A stretch of 64,000 nt of DNA. Source: Octopus sinensis. Taxonomy: Eukaryota. Location of the stretch: NCBI RefSeq assembly GCF_006345805.1, contig NC_043006.1, positions 99,944,001 to 100,008,000 of the forward strand, given 5' to 3'. Shown one piece after another: positions 10,791-23,992 of the stretch (the first letter of the stretch is position 1; each line of letters opens with the position of its first letter). The translations under genes and the position numbers were made by a program. The notes beneath the pieces are model-generated. The model had not been told where the DNA came from and searched no databases. It saw only the letters and a list, made by a program, of their open reading frames with translations.

Positions 10791-12181
10791 GTTCTGTTGC
10801 GCCTAGTGATTGTGCAGGGTTTCGCTAACAATATATCTTGTCTCAACCAAATGAAATGCTTTATTTTACATGTTTCTGGACGACCTATGAATCACGTGGT
10901 AGATGTGTAACTGGGGGACTACTTAATTTTCCAAACTGCCCGAATATAAGATTTTACTCAGTATATCTTTATGTGAGTCAGGAAAGAAAAACTATCGAAT
11001 TTTACCAGAATTCGCTTCCTCATCCATGAAAGAAAGAAATATAATCACCCATGTATGATTTGCTACTAAGGAAGATAATTCATTAAATTGGGCGGTATAT
11101 TGATTAAACCATTTCACTATATTCCGTGTTTTTATCTAATTGGTTTATTGAGATAATGAAACTGTGGTTTTCATGCTTTGCCAGACAAAATTATCAAAAT
11201 GGAAGAGAAAGGAATCAGTTTCAAATTGCAACAAGTCTATCATCACTCACTATGTATGTGAGCATATTTGTGTGTGTATGTGGCGAGTGGTGTGTGTATG
11301 TGTGTGTGCGTGCTCGCGCTTCGCTTATGCGTTTCAGCACACACATAGACACAGACACACACACACACACGGACATACACACGCACACACGCATATGTAT
11401 ATATTGGTGTTGTTAATTGATTCTTAAATTACAATATGGCATCTAGAGAAACACTTATGTATGTTATATTATACAGAAAAGAAAATACAAATAAAAAAAA
11501 TTAAACAGAACTTAGCTGTTAATGGAAGTAGGATTTAGTAAGAACATAAAGAAATCGTATGACCATCATATAAAGAGGTAATTTAGATGTTAATAAAACT
11601 AATATAGATAACACATAAAGAAATATTATGCCCATTAGAAAGAGACATAATTTATCTGTCAATAGATGTGTAATATAGACACTACAAAAGAAATATAATG
11701 TCCAGTCTATAAAAACACAACTTAGATATTAATAGATATATAATCTAAACAATACATAAATTACAATCAGGCTTGTATAGGAGGACACACTGTATTTGGT
11801 GAAGTATTGTACACTGTAAGCTTTCGCACGACAGAATATGCGACCGCGTTTCGAAATCTGCTTTTAGTTGTATTGCATTTCACCTGCGCATGGGAAGACA
11901 ATGAAGAAATGAATGCGATTATGTAAGTTATCACTCTGACAAGTAACAAATGAAAATACTGGTATTAGGTAATGATAACAATTACTCTATGCAAATGAGG
12001 ATTAGCGCCATTCTTCAGTAGCTATTGGAAAGATTGAGTATATAGACAGATTGGCTGATAGCTTCTCTGGAATGGGTTAAAATGCCTTATGTTTCTACAA
12101 CACTTATGTAATTATTAGGGCGTTTTGAACGCGGAGACATTCATTGTCATACGCGTTTTTGTGAATTATAATGATATATAT

Positions 12182-12249
<68 letters not shown>

Positions 12250-12800
12250 CATTATGTAATAGAATATAATGTATATATCATATGTATAGATATAGAGACA
12301 GAAAGATATGGATATATGCATAAATAAGAGCATTCAAGCGCAGGGCGTACACACACGTACTTGTATGCAGGCGTCGCTCTGCGGCTTTTTCTATCGGTGC
12401 GGAGATATGAGCGCAACAAGTATAAACAGGATTGAAAATTTGCTGTGTAACAGCCTAGAAAATATCCCTGCCCAGACTATAGCCCCTCCAGCCAACCAAG
12501 CCAGAATATACCCCTGTCTTGACTATACACCATGCCTGCGGACAAATACCACAGATGTACCTCACTTATAAAAGCTGCCTCAGAACATATATAAATGTGA
12601 CATCGCTCAAGCAATAATTAAAAGTTACATGTAGATTTCGATTTAAACGCAGCAATTTAGAATTATCAAAAGCCAAGTAGTTTAAAACGAATCAATATGA
12701 TGGACTCAACACGAATGGCCACATTGGCACGAATCTAGGCTATGACTCATAGTACAGGTGCGCTGTGCAGCATTTGCAAGTTGTCAATTTTTGTTTTCCA

Positions 12801-13213
12801 GGCGCAGGAGTGGCTGTGTGGTAAGTAGCTTGCTAACCAACCACATGGTTCCGGGTTCAATCCCACTGCGTGGCATATTGGGCAAGTGTCTTCTACTATA
12901 GCCCCGGGCCGACCAAAGCCTTGTGAGTGGATTTGGTAGACGGAAACTGAAAGAAGCTTGTCGTATATATGTATATATATATAAATGTGTGTGTATATGT
13001 TTGTGTGTCTGTGTTTGTCCCCCCTAGCATTGCTTGACAACCGATGCTGGTGTGTTTACGTCCCCGTCACTTAGCTGTTCGGCAAAATAGACCGATAGAA
13101 TAAGTACTGGGCTTACAAAGAATAAGTCCTGGGGGTCGATTTGCTCGACTGAAAGCGGTGCTCCAGCATGGCCGCAGTCAAATGACTGAAACAAGTAAAA
13201 GAGTGAAAGAGTA
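12801..13213 (+). mobile_element. Full-length tRNA-derived SINE family A with internal (TA)n(TG)n
   Basis: A-box-like TGGCTGTGTGGTAAG, B-box-like GGTTCAATCCC, GGATTTGGTAGACGGAAACTGAAAGAAGC core and GAGTAAAA-type tail; five or more further copies in the window. Confidence 0.9.
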
Positions 13214-13420
13214 ATCTACCTCTACATTGTCTTTATATTGGTACATTGAGTATTTGCATTTGATACTTCTAAATTTCTATGTTTAAATCTAACTTTATAT
13301 GCATCTTTTAATTCTTCGTCGATTGGTATCACATTTTATATATGTTCTGAGGCAACTTTTATAAGTGAGATACATCTGTGTTATTTGTCCGCAAGCATGG
13401 GGCTTGTATATATATACATA

Positions 13421-13587
13421 CAGAGTGCGGTGATTGAATTGTCCTCTAAATTACGCAAAAATGAAAATAACATTAACATTTCATTTTAAAAGATATATTT
13501 ACCAAAATTACAATAAAATATCTTGAAATGCTTACCAGTATATTTATTCTATAAAATCGCTATTGGTTTCAACTACGGCCTCAAGGC
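13421..13587 (-). mobile_element. Orphan terminus of the same maT-like family as 6973-7837
   Basis: TA|CAGAGTGCGGTGATTGAATTG..GGTTTCAACTACGGCCTCA nearly identical to 6973-7138. Confidence 0.9.
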
Positions 13588-14204
13588 AGGGGTATATTCT
13601 GGCCTGGTTGTCTGGAGAGGGTATAGTCTGGGCAGGGGTATATTCTAGGTTGTTACACCGCCAATTTTCAGACTAGCCCCGGTTATAGTCTAAGCAGGAG
13701 TATATTCTGGGCCGTCACACTGGCTAATTGATAACATAGTCCACAAGAGTGGTCTATGATTAGATTGCGATTTGTTTTCACTATCACACCATTACGAACG
13801 CCTATGTTTTCGACAGATTTATCATCGTAAGTTCATTCTTAATTTTACTTTTTATGTTTGTGTTAAGCATCAATAATTATGGACCGAATAAGCCAATAAA
13901 AAGACAAGCTAGGGGAACTGTCAGAATTAAGACGTTTGTTCTACATAAAGTACCTAGGAACTTTTAGTTGAACTTTTTTAAAGTAGTTTCGAGACGTTAC
14001 AATAGTAACAAACGTGACCTAAATCCAACAGAATGACTAAAATGAGGGTATTTAAGTAAAACAAAATTAACCCAATTTCGAAGTAACTTCCTCATGAATA
14101 AGGAATTAGCGTACTTTGAAAAATATCTTATATATATATATATATATATATAATATGCACAAGATTTACATGTTATTATATTTATTTGTAGAGTTTCATA
14201 TAGA

Positions 14205-15923
14205 AAGAAAAGGAGATATGACGAGTCATATTTGAGCTTCAGTTTCACCGTGCTTACTGCTTTGTGGAGTAGAAAAACCACAGTGAGTTCTGTGCTCTGA
14301 GATATGTGCAGCTTCTTCACTGAAGTCCAGCAGGCTAATGAGGCATATCGGAACGAAGCATCCCAGTGCAGTCAACAATGACGAGGAATGTTTTCAGATG
14401 CCAAGCTGACAGATTGCTCAAATCCAGGCTTGATGACACAGGAATGTGTATGCAGGACGTTGCGGCTGGTCAGAAAGCTTCCTTCGAGGTTTAAAGGAAC
14501 ATTGCTGCTGCAAAACATCATAGCATTGGAAAGTAGTTACTTCTTCCTTGCTGCAAAGATATAATCTCACTCGTGCACGGAACGTCCGAGCAACAGAAGA
14601 TTAAACATGGTTCATTTTCCAACAACAGCGTCAGTCGTCCAATCGTTGAGATATCTGATAATGTTTTGTCTCGGGTCATCTCAAAGATAAAAACAGCAAT
14701 GTTTAACTATGTCGCCATCAAAATTGATGAAACCATTGACATAGCGGATTTAGCACAACTTTGTGTTTGTGTGCGTTACGTGCATAACAAATGCCTGTAA
14801 GATGAATTCCTTTTTCACGAAACCCGCAACATCCGAACGACTGCAAACGTTATATTCCAAAAGGTTAATCAATTCTTTAACACGCATAACATAAACTGGG
14901 AGCACGTTGTTGGCGTGTGCACCGCCGGTGCTCCATCAATGTTTGGTTGCCGCTATGGCTTTCATACAATGGAGGAGAAGTCTCCTCACGGAATTGGTAC
15001 ACATTGTACACTTCACAATGCTCGACCATTTGAAGAATGTCTTGAATGATGTGGTCAAAGGGGTAAATTTCATCAAAGCCAGTTATCTAGACATGTATCT
15101 TTTTGCTGACTTGTGCATGGACAATGGCTCCGATTTTGAAACGCTTTTACTGTACTCCCATGTAAGGTAGTTATGCAAAGCCAGAGTACTGAAAAGACTC
15201 ATCGTTCTACGAAAGGAGATGGGCGAATTTCTTCGTGGTGCTAAAAAAGAACTGCACAGACAATTCTCCAATACTCGGTTCCTTATACGCCTCTCCTTCT
15301 TTTTGAATCAGTTCATTCTGTTAACTTAGCACTAAAAGGAAAGGACTCGCCGCTGTCCATCGTCATGAAAAAAATGACTACATTTAAAATGAAGCTCCAT
15401 TTGTGGCATTCTAAATTGGAATGTGAGACTTTTGCACCACCATTTCCAAACCCCAATACTTTCCTTGATGAAGATGACCTTCGAATTGATGCTGACATCC
15501 TCGACATAATTAAACAGCATGTCTTAATTCTTCACACTGAAATTCTAAGATACTTCCCCGACCTACAAAATTTCGAAAAAGTTCATAATATCATCACCAG
15601 ACCCTTTGCAATCTCTGTTGTTGATCTTCCGTCAGAAGATTATGTCATTCAAGAACGATTCATCAACTTGCTCAATGATGGAGATGCAAAACATGCCTTC
15701 CTTAATATGTGTTGCAGTGAATTCTGGATTGAAATGACGCAGTCCTATCCAGATGTCGCTAAATGCGCCCTCAAATTCGTCGTTCCATTCGAAACTACGT
15801 ACGAATATGAGATGGCTTTTGCAAATTTACTATCAATTCAAGCAAAGGCTCGCAGTAAATTGGATGAGGGTAGCAATTATTAAAAAGACACGTACAAAGA
15901 AACGAGTACACCCTTCTCATTGA
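14205..15923 (+). pseudogene. Dead hAT transposase, Buster/Charlie (ZBED5-like) type
   Basis: BED-finger remnant KRRYDESYLSF..EKPQ*VLCSEI..LMRHIGTKHP; IDETIDIADLAQLCVCVRYV; dimerisation region CCSEFWIEMTQSYPDVAKCALKFVVPFETTYEYEMAF; ends VHPSH*. Many stops and frameshifts; possible right end near 16100. Confidence 0.9.
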
Positions 15924-16244
15924 ATATTAAAATTTTATCTGTAAAAGTTTCTGTCATGAACAATTATTTTAACAAGATCATTTTGCTTAGTTCGTCATTT
16001 TGCTATTTTCATTTGGGGGCATCGGTGGGGCATGCGAAGCGTTGAAAAAACGGGAGGGGGTCCGCAGGACGAAACTTTATTTAAACTTTGGGAATCAAGG
16101 CTTTAAAGGTTAAAGACCTCCACTGTTTCTCACCTTTCATGGGCGTTAAACTAATGCATTCCATGTTCACGTCCTTTTCTTGTTTTGTTATTATTATTAT
16201 TAATGGTTGATTGCTTGTTCAAGTTAATAGTTCATGTGGCGATA

Positions 16245-16415
16245 CGTACACACACACACACACACACGCACGCACGCACACACACACATACACGCACACA
16301 CACGCGCACGCACACACACACAAATACAGACACACAGACACCCCCACCACACACACACACATATATATATATATATACACATATATATATATATATATAT
16401 ATATAAATATATATA
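16245..16415. repeat. (CA)n/(TA)n compound microsatellite
   Basis: Seen directly. Confidence 0.95.
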
Positions 16416-16769
16416 TGGTGTATCCTGAGCGTCACTGAGCTATTTTTACAAGGAAACCCGTTTCGCGATCGAGAATTCTGTGAGAAAGCCTTACTCGCTA
16501 ATCGTGTGTACTTTTTACATCTACATTTAAATGCTGATAACAAACGAATAATCCAAATTTAAACAAGCGATCTTTGCAATTTGTTTGCCAGTTAAACAGT
16601 TTCAAAGATTAAAAGAATAGCAAGTAACTCGTTCACTACAAGAATATAGGAAGTTGAATACAAATTTTGAAGGCTTACTGTTTTTCAATATGTGTAACAG
16701 AATATATGACTGTAATTCTAATTCTGTGAGATATGATACACCTGAATTTAGATACTTATTGCAGTTGTT

Positions 16770-17065
16770 TGTGGAGGCATATGGCCTAGTAGTTAGAGCA
16801 GCGGACACGCGGTCGAGGGATCTCAGACCGGACGATGTGTGTGTTTATGAACGAAACACCTAAGCTCCATGCGGGTCAGCCGGAAGGTAATGGAGAACTT
16901 CCGTTGACGCCTTCGTCACAACCTTCCCTCTTTCGCTTTCCTCATGCATCTAGTAGCTCACCTGCGACGGACCTGCGTCCCGTTCAGGTGGGGGACCTAT
17001 ACGCCAATGAAACCTAGGAACCAGCCTTTATGAGCCAGCCATGGCTCAAGAATGAACAAACAACA
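16770..17065 (+). mobile_element. tRNA-derived SINE family C (5' half shared with 47779-48084)
   Basis: TGTGGAGGCATATGGCCTAGTAGTTAGAGCAGCGGAC..GTGTTTATGAACGAAACACCTAAGCTCCA; ends in an ACAA-type tail. Confidence 0.7.
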
Positions 17066-17284
17066 TGACAGCAGTTTATGAAGCACGTTGGAGGAAAGAT
17101 ACACAAACATAAAATTTATACAATTTTATTGGTGTCATCAGCGGCAAAATGTTGTTCCCATTCTCAACAAACAACATTTATTCGCAAGGCAACTGTATAC
17201 TTAGCTGATGCGCAAAAACATTTTGACACAGAAATTATGTTTTCCATAAATACACACACACACAATTGCACATAAACACAAACA

Positions 17285-17420
17285 ATCATACACACACACA
17301 CACACACACACACATGCATGCATGTGTGTGTTTCAGAATGCATGTATGAATGCATGCGTTCATACTTACATGTATGAATGTATCTGCGTGAACGAGCGTG
17401 CATGTTTCTGTGTGTGTGTG

Positions 17421-17492
<72 letters not shown>

Positions 17493-17730
17493 CTTTGTAG
17501 GCAAAATCTACATATATGTCATCGTTTTCTCTGTCTATTGATACTGCAAAGGGTAGCTTCCACAAACATTTTGAGCAATAAGCTACGGATGCCAAGGAAA
17601 TCCAAACAATGTTTAAACCTCAAAATACATAGTAAATATTTGTGCTTGATGAGGACAACAGTGTAAAAAATTCAAACTCCTAACAGAAGTATATAATTAC
17701 ATATGTACATACGAACACACAAACATACGT

Positions 17731-17776
<46 letters not shown>

Positions 17777-17880
17777 TGTGTGTGAGAGAGAGAGAGAGAG
17801 AAAGCGAGAGAGACAGAGAGAGAGACAGACAGACTGCCAGTTGCTGACAGACAGCCAGAGGCGGACAGACAGAGAGACAA
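17285..17880. repeat. (CA)n, (TG)n and (GA)n microsatellite cluster
   Basis: Seen directly. Confidence 0.9.
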
Positions 17881-18844
17881 TGTATGCATTTATGTATCTA
17901 GCGGTGTAGAAATATACTGAATATAATATTTTTTCAATAACTGACTATTTTTAAACACATCCAGTGAATTTTAGACCGGGTTGTATATAAATTAGAAATT
18001 CATAAATGGAACTAGTTGCCAAAGGCACTTTATATATTTGTATATATGCAAATTCGTCTATCAAATTTACTCAAACCTTTGTCTCTGTCGACAATCACAG
18101 CACAGGACGGAACATAGTCTCGGTAAAACTTGCTTTATGTCCACGAAGTTATATAACAAGTCTTTTTCGTACAGTATACACAGTTTGTAGGTTGAGCAAG
18201 GGCGAATAGTGAAGATGCTCGATTTTCAGGCACGTGCTTACCCTTTCGCTCTCACAGCGCCGCGCCGATCAATACATTTAGAGTTGAACTAGATATATGT
18301 AGAAGCGTGTCAGGTGGACTGGACCAGTAATTCGAGAGACAGAGGCTACATCACTGACGCTGCACAAGAATTGCTCTCAAGATATACAATCCTGTGATAC
18401 GATAAGTCAGTCACACATTAGTTCAACATCATGTACTTCAGATTCTGAAATGTAGGTCGGTGTCCATTCGTAGAATAATGCCTGACAACAAATCCGATTA
18501 ATGCAATCCTCAATCTATGCATTCCTATAATGTCGTATCGTGTACGATTATGAGTATATATGGATATACATGTGTGCATGTGTGTGTGAGTGTGTGTGTG
18601 TGTGCGTGTCGTTTAGTGTGTGTACGTCCGTATGCATATATATACATGCATACATATAGATAGATTAATATACCAAAAGACAGGCAGCCAATATACAGAT
18701 TAGATGAATGATAACTCACATATATTATGCATTTACAGAAATGCATACGAACCTACAAATGGAGAAAAAGCGTAAAGTATGTTGGTGTATATGCGTACAG
18801 CTGTCTTCTCCCTTCTTTCGTCTCTCTTTCACTTTCTTTATACA

Positions 18845-19075
<231 letters not shown>

Positions 19076-19799
19076 AACAACCCATTTTGAAATACATGGG
19101 TAATAACATACTGAATTCTGGTGCCTTTAACTTAAGTATGATATTCAACTGAATCTAAATTTTGTATATATATATATATATATATAAGTGTGTGTGAGTC
19201 GTCGTGACAAGACGTACTTTTTATAGCTCCCGTCAGTAACTAACTAAAGAAGCATTTTTCAACTCAATTTAACTCAACTCAACTCAAGCTAACATAATCT
19301 CTCCTTGTCTTTAATCTCAAGACTTTTGAACTCTACAATCCTACTATACTACTCTTTTACTACCATCGGAGGATAAATTTATACAAATCTATATACAACC
19401 TGAAGAAAGAGGAACAACCCAAAACTAAATACTAAACCCAAGACTAGTTCTAAAACTAGTCCCGTGAGTACAATTCTTTTTTCTTGGTCTGTATCAAACA
19501 CACCGCTCATCATTGTACTAATTAGATTGTACTAATTACACTGAACTCTCACACACACAAGCCACGAATTTCCGAGTATATCAACACAAACTTTCCAACA
19601 GTGTGTTCACTATTTTATATCAAGCCATCAATAACTGGTGTACACATACATTCACTATTTACCGAGTATATCGACACAAACTTTTCAACAGTGTGTTCAC
19701 TATTTTACATCAAGCCATCAATAACTGGTGTACACATACATACACACGCATACACATACATACATACATATATATATTACAAACACTACCCCACTGAAT

Positions 19800-21043
19800 A
19801 TGGCCAATAATTTTCAAAAAAGCCGCTGGGTTGAAAATGAAATTACTGCAATGATTAACGCTTGGTTCATCCATCACAACGAAGCTAATGTTTATAGCAA
19901 AATAACTGAGGATTTAACGAAAAAGTCCTTTCACAGATCTGTAAAACAGATAGAAAATAAATTAAAAGAAATTGTTAGGATATTCCCTATTTTCCACGCG
20001 CACATGGCTACACTAAAAGCCATTCTTGCCAACGAATTCAGTACAACAAATGACCAAATTCCAACAGGTCAGTGGTCACTTCAACAGCAACAATCAACTG
20101 ACCTACTTCCATTGACAACAGCACCTGATGAACCAAGTCAAGTCTCACCTTCGCTACAGCAACAAAAACAACAACAACAACAACACTCTAATACTACCAC
20201 TAGTCAAGTTCCAATGCTGCTACAACTCCCCACTACTGCCACAATAGGAAAACCACTACTACATCCGCGTAAAACTATCTGCCACTACTACTCTTAAGGC
20301 AGCTGCAGATTTGACCACATACTGGCAAGCCAGAACCCACCATCACAAAATCAACAAGCTGCTTCTAACACCACCACCACTACTACTACTGCCAAAATAG
20401 AAAAAACCCCTGCCGTTACTATTCTAAAGGCACTTGTAGATTTGGCCCCAGCGACACAAACAAAAATGGACGCTGTGCTTTTCCCCACCCGACCTTATGT
20501 CGTAGACTTGCTATGGGCACCTGTCCATACGGTATAACAGGAAAAAATTGCCCCCACCTCCACCCCAAATACTGTCCTAAATACAGAATCTATGGTTCTG
20601 ACCCTAAATACGGATGCATAAGAGGCAATGGATGCACCTTATTCCATCCTAAACTGTGCCAAACTTCTGTCTCACAAAGGATGTGCCTGAACCCAGAATG
20701 CAACAACCACCATCTGAAGGGCACAAAACGATCACAGAATAGATGTGAACAGGAACAGAGGAAATCTAGGACAACAACAAGAACAAAATACAACCACGTT
20801 TCCCCTCCTACAATCAAACAACGTAGACAGAACCAGGAAAAAACACCAAATAACGCCAACTTGAAATACGTATCCTCTGACCAAGTGACAAACCAAACAA
20901 GTAACTCTTTTTTACTGACATACCTGGAAAATATGAAGGCCGACCTAAGCCAGGAGATCCAGCGAGCCATCACCAACCATCTATGCAAATCACAAGGACC
21001 ACTCACCCATTACCAACTTCCCTTACCTCGACATTCCTGTTAA
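19800..21043 (+). pseudogene. LINE ORF1: Myb/SANT trihelix-like domain, Q/T-rich linker, tandem CCCH zinc fingers; one nonsense codon and one frameshift
   Basis: ATG at 19800; RWVENEITAMINAW..VYSKITEDL..RSVKQIENKLK; TAA at 20295-97; frameshift in the A6C4 run at ~20405; four C..C..C-x3-H units at 20411-20713. Confidence 0.75.
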
Positions 21044-23992
21044 ATGTACGTGGCATCAACCCATCAATTATTGCCCAAAAATGGAAGATCCCATATATAG
21101 AGAGTTGGCTGGCCGAAATGGCACATTGCTTCCCTTTCTTTATCCTTACCGAGACTCACCTGAACAACACCCATATGGACGCAGAGGTGAAAATAAAAGA
21201 TTTCACCATTGTTCGTGCGGATCGCACAGACCGAAATAAGGGAGGGACAGCCATCTTTATCCATGACTCCTTTTCACTTGATGCCAAGGACACATTTTCC
21301 AATGGCTACTGTGAATCGGTATCAGTATACAACAAAGCCAAGGACATAACCATTGTTGGTCTTTACAGGCCTCCCCAGGCACCTCTAAAGTACTTTGAAG
21401 AGTGCCTTAGCAAAGTCAAGTCCTTCCTTCGGAAGTACCACTCCGGAAACATAATAGTGATGGGTGATTTTAACCTCCCTCATGTGAACTGGCCCACAAA
21501 TACTCCGAAGTTAGGCAAGTGCTCTACATCAGATAGGGCAGCAGCAGAACTGCTCTTTAATCTGATGGATGAGTATTTCCTGACTCAGCTAGTGCTTGAA
21601 CCAACGAGACAGAATAAAACGATCTTGGATCTGGTACTGACCAATCACTCTAGCTACGTTCACAGCATTTCAGTCGAAAAAACTCTCCTCTCAGACCACG
21701 ACATGGTACTCTGCAATCTTAATTCCCGACGTATAAAAACCAAACCAGCCAATCCCACTCCATGGCACCCATTTGACAACATAAATCTCCACAAAGCGGA
21801 CTGGGGAACAATCAGAAAGGATCTGTCTTCCATCGACTGGTCTTTTACTCTCAATTCCCCTCATATTGAGACCGCGTGGCAGCACTTTGAAACCATTGTC
21901 ACCGACACATGCTCTAAACACGCTCCCAAGAAATCTACTAACACAAACAGAAACCGGCTCCCTAAAAAGAAAAAAAACACTCATCAGGCGCATCAAAAGA
22001 CTCAACAAAAAAATCAACCAATTAAAATATTCCCACACGCAACATCCACATTCAACAACAATGAAAAGACTAGAGCTGGAAAAACTTCATCTGCAGACTA
22101 ACATGAAAACCTCCATTGAAAATCAAAGAGCTGTGGAGGAACAATGGGTAATCAAAAACATCAAACAGAACCCAAAAGTGTTCTATTCTTATGCAAATAA
22201 GCATAGAACCACTGTCTCACCTATTGTGCCATTGATTGATGAAAACGGCATTCCCCAACACGATGCTAAAGAAATGGCAGAAATACTGCAGAAACAATAT
22301 TGCTCTGTCTTCAGTGTTCCCAATGAGATTGATGTGAGGGTAACGAACGAAGCTGACTCCCAACACAAAATCGCAGACATAACCTTCACTGCCACCGACA
22401 TCGTAGCAGCAATAAATGAGGTCAAACATTACTCTGCTGTAGGCCCTGATAGATTTCCCGCCAGTCTCCTGAAGGAATGTAGATATCAACTTGCAGTCCC
22501 TCTGACCAACCTCTGGAGAAACTCGTTAGACGCAGGTTATATACCGAAAAAGTTTCTATCCCAGTCGGTCATCCCGGTTTTCAAACAGGGAAACAGATCC
22601 CTCGCAGTCAACTATCGCCCAATCTCACTCACCTCCCACATCATTAAAGTGTTTGAAAGAGTGTTAAGATCAAGGATAGCTGACGTCCTGGAGACCCACA
22701 AACTCCTAAATTCAAATCAGCATGGCTTTCGCTGTGGCAGGGACTGTCTAACACAGCTCTTACGCCACATTGAAGATGTACTCAAAGCCTTGGGAACAGG
22801 TTCGAACTCTGACGTCATATACCTTGACTTCAGTAAAGCGTTCGACAGGGTAGACCATAACATCCTACTCTCAAAATTGGCAAATGTTGGAATCCGTGGA
22901 CAAGTTCTACACTGGATTCAGTATTTCCTAGCGAATAGAACACAACATGTTGTAGTAGATGGAGTCCACTCAAACCCAGCAAAAGTCACGAGCGGTGTTC
23001 CCCAGGGAACTGTTTTGGGTCCGCTACTCTTCATAATTTATGTAAACGACCTTTCCAGTGTCGTACATCACTGCAAAGTGAAAATATTCGCTGATGACAC
23101 TAAGCTCCAGCAAATCGTCAATGAAGAAGCAGACCGAACTCAACTCCAGTCTGACCTATATGCTGTGAGTCAATGGGCAGACAGAAACAAAATGCAACTG
23201 AATGAGGGAAAATTTGAGCTGATGCATTTTAGAAGAAATTCCTCACTAAAACAACCATACTCTCTTCCTTCAGGGGAACCGCTCACAGCCTCTAACAATA
23301 TCAGAGACCTGGGTGTAATTGTTGATGACGATCTCCGTTGGAGTGCACACATCAACAAGAAGGTCGATACAGCTCGTAGGATGAGTTCCTGGATCTTAAG
23401 ATCTTTCCGGTTCAGAGAACAAGGTGTCATCATACCACTTTTTTCATCCTTTGTACGGCCACACCTTGAATACTGCTGCCCACTGTGGTCTCCTCACACA
23501 AGAAAAAACATCTCCAGAATTGAGTCACCCCAGAGGGCTCTCACTAAACAAATTGAAGGCATGGCTGCTCTCGATTATTGGGATCGCCTTAAAGCCTTGA
23601 AACTTTACTCCCTCCAGCGTCGCCGTGAGCGGTACATCATTTGTACGATGTGGAAAATATACCGCCAACTTTGCCCAAACGACCTAAACATTAGCTTCAA
23701 GGTTCATCCGAGACTTGGACCACGGGCTATACGTCCCCTGCCAAATTCAAGATCACAACATACATGTACACTGCAACATAATTTCTTTTCCTCAACAGGC
23801 CCTGCCCTATTTAACATTGTCCCGAGGGAGATCAAAGAGGAAAAGGATCCCATCAACTTCAAACAGAGTCTGGATAGATTCCTTCAAAGAATACCAGATA
23901 AGCCACCCATAATTGGATACAACTCACCCAACAAGAACTCACTACTTGAACAAAACTGGATACAACTCACCCAACAAGAACTCAGTACTTGA
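20983..23992 (+). CDS. LINE ORF2 (APE endonuclease + reverse transcriptase, ~1000 aa) split by one extra A at 21964-21977
   Basis: LLNVRGI, LTETHL, YRPP, GDFNLP, LDLVLT, SDHD; NYRPISLTS, YLDFSKAFDRVDH, GVPQGTVLGPLLF, FADDTK, YSLQRRRERY. Confidence 0.92.

Larger units (their letters stand above)
12445..13723. repeat. 77-bp inverted repeat pair (12445-12521 / 13582-13658) plus extra subrepeat (13683-13721)
   Basis: GTGTAACAGCCTAGAAAATATCCCTGCCCAGACTATAG.. vs ..TATAGTCTGGGCAGGGGTATATTCTAGGTTGTTACAC, ~85% identical by eye. Confidence 0.8.

Noticed and set aside
11985-12022. Minus-strand CTGAAGA motif
   Set aside because: No GAAA or helix II follows.
19572-19741. Direct repeats that might suggest a CRISPR array (also 23915-24000)
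   Set aside because: Two-copy tandem duplications with no unique spacers, in eukaryotic DNA with no cas genes.
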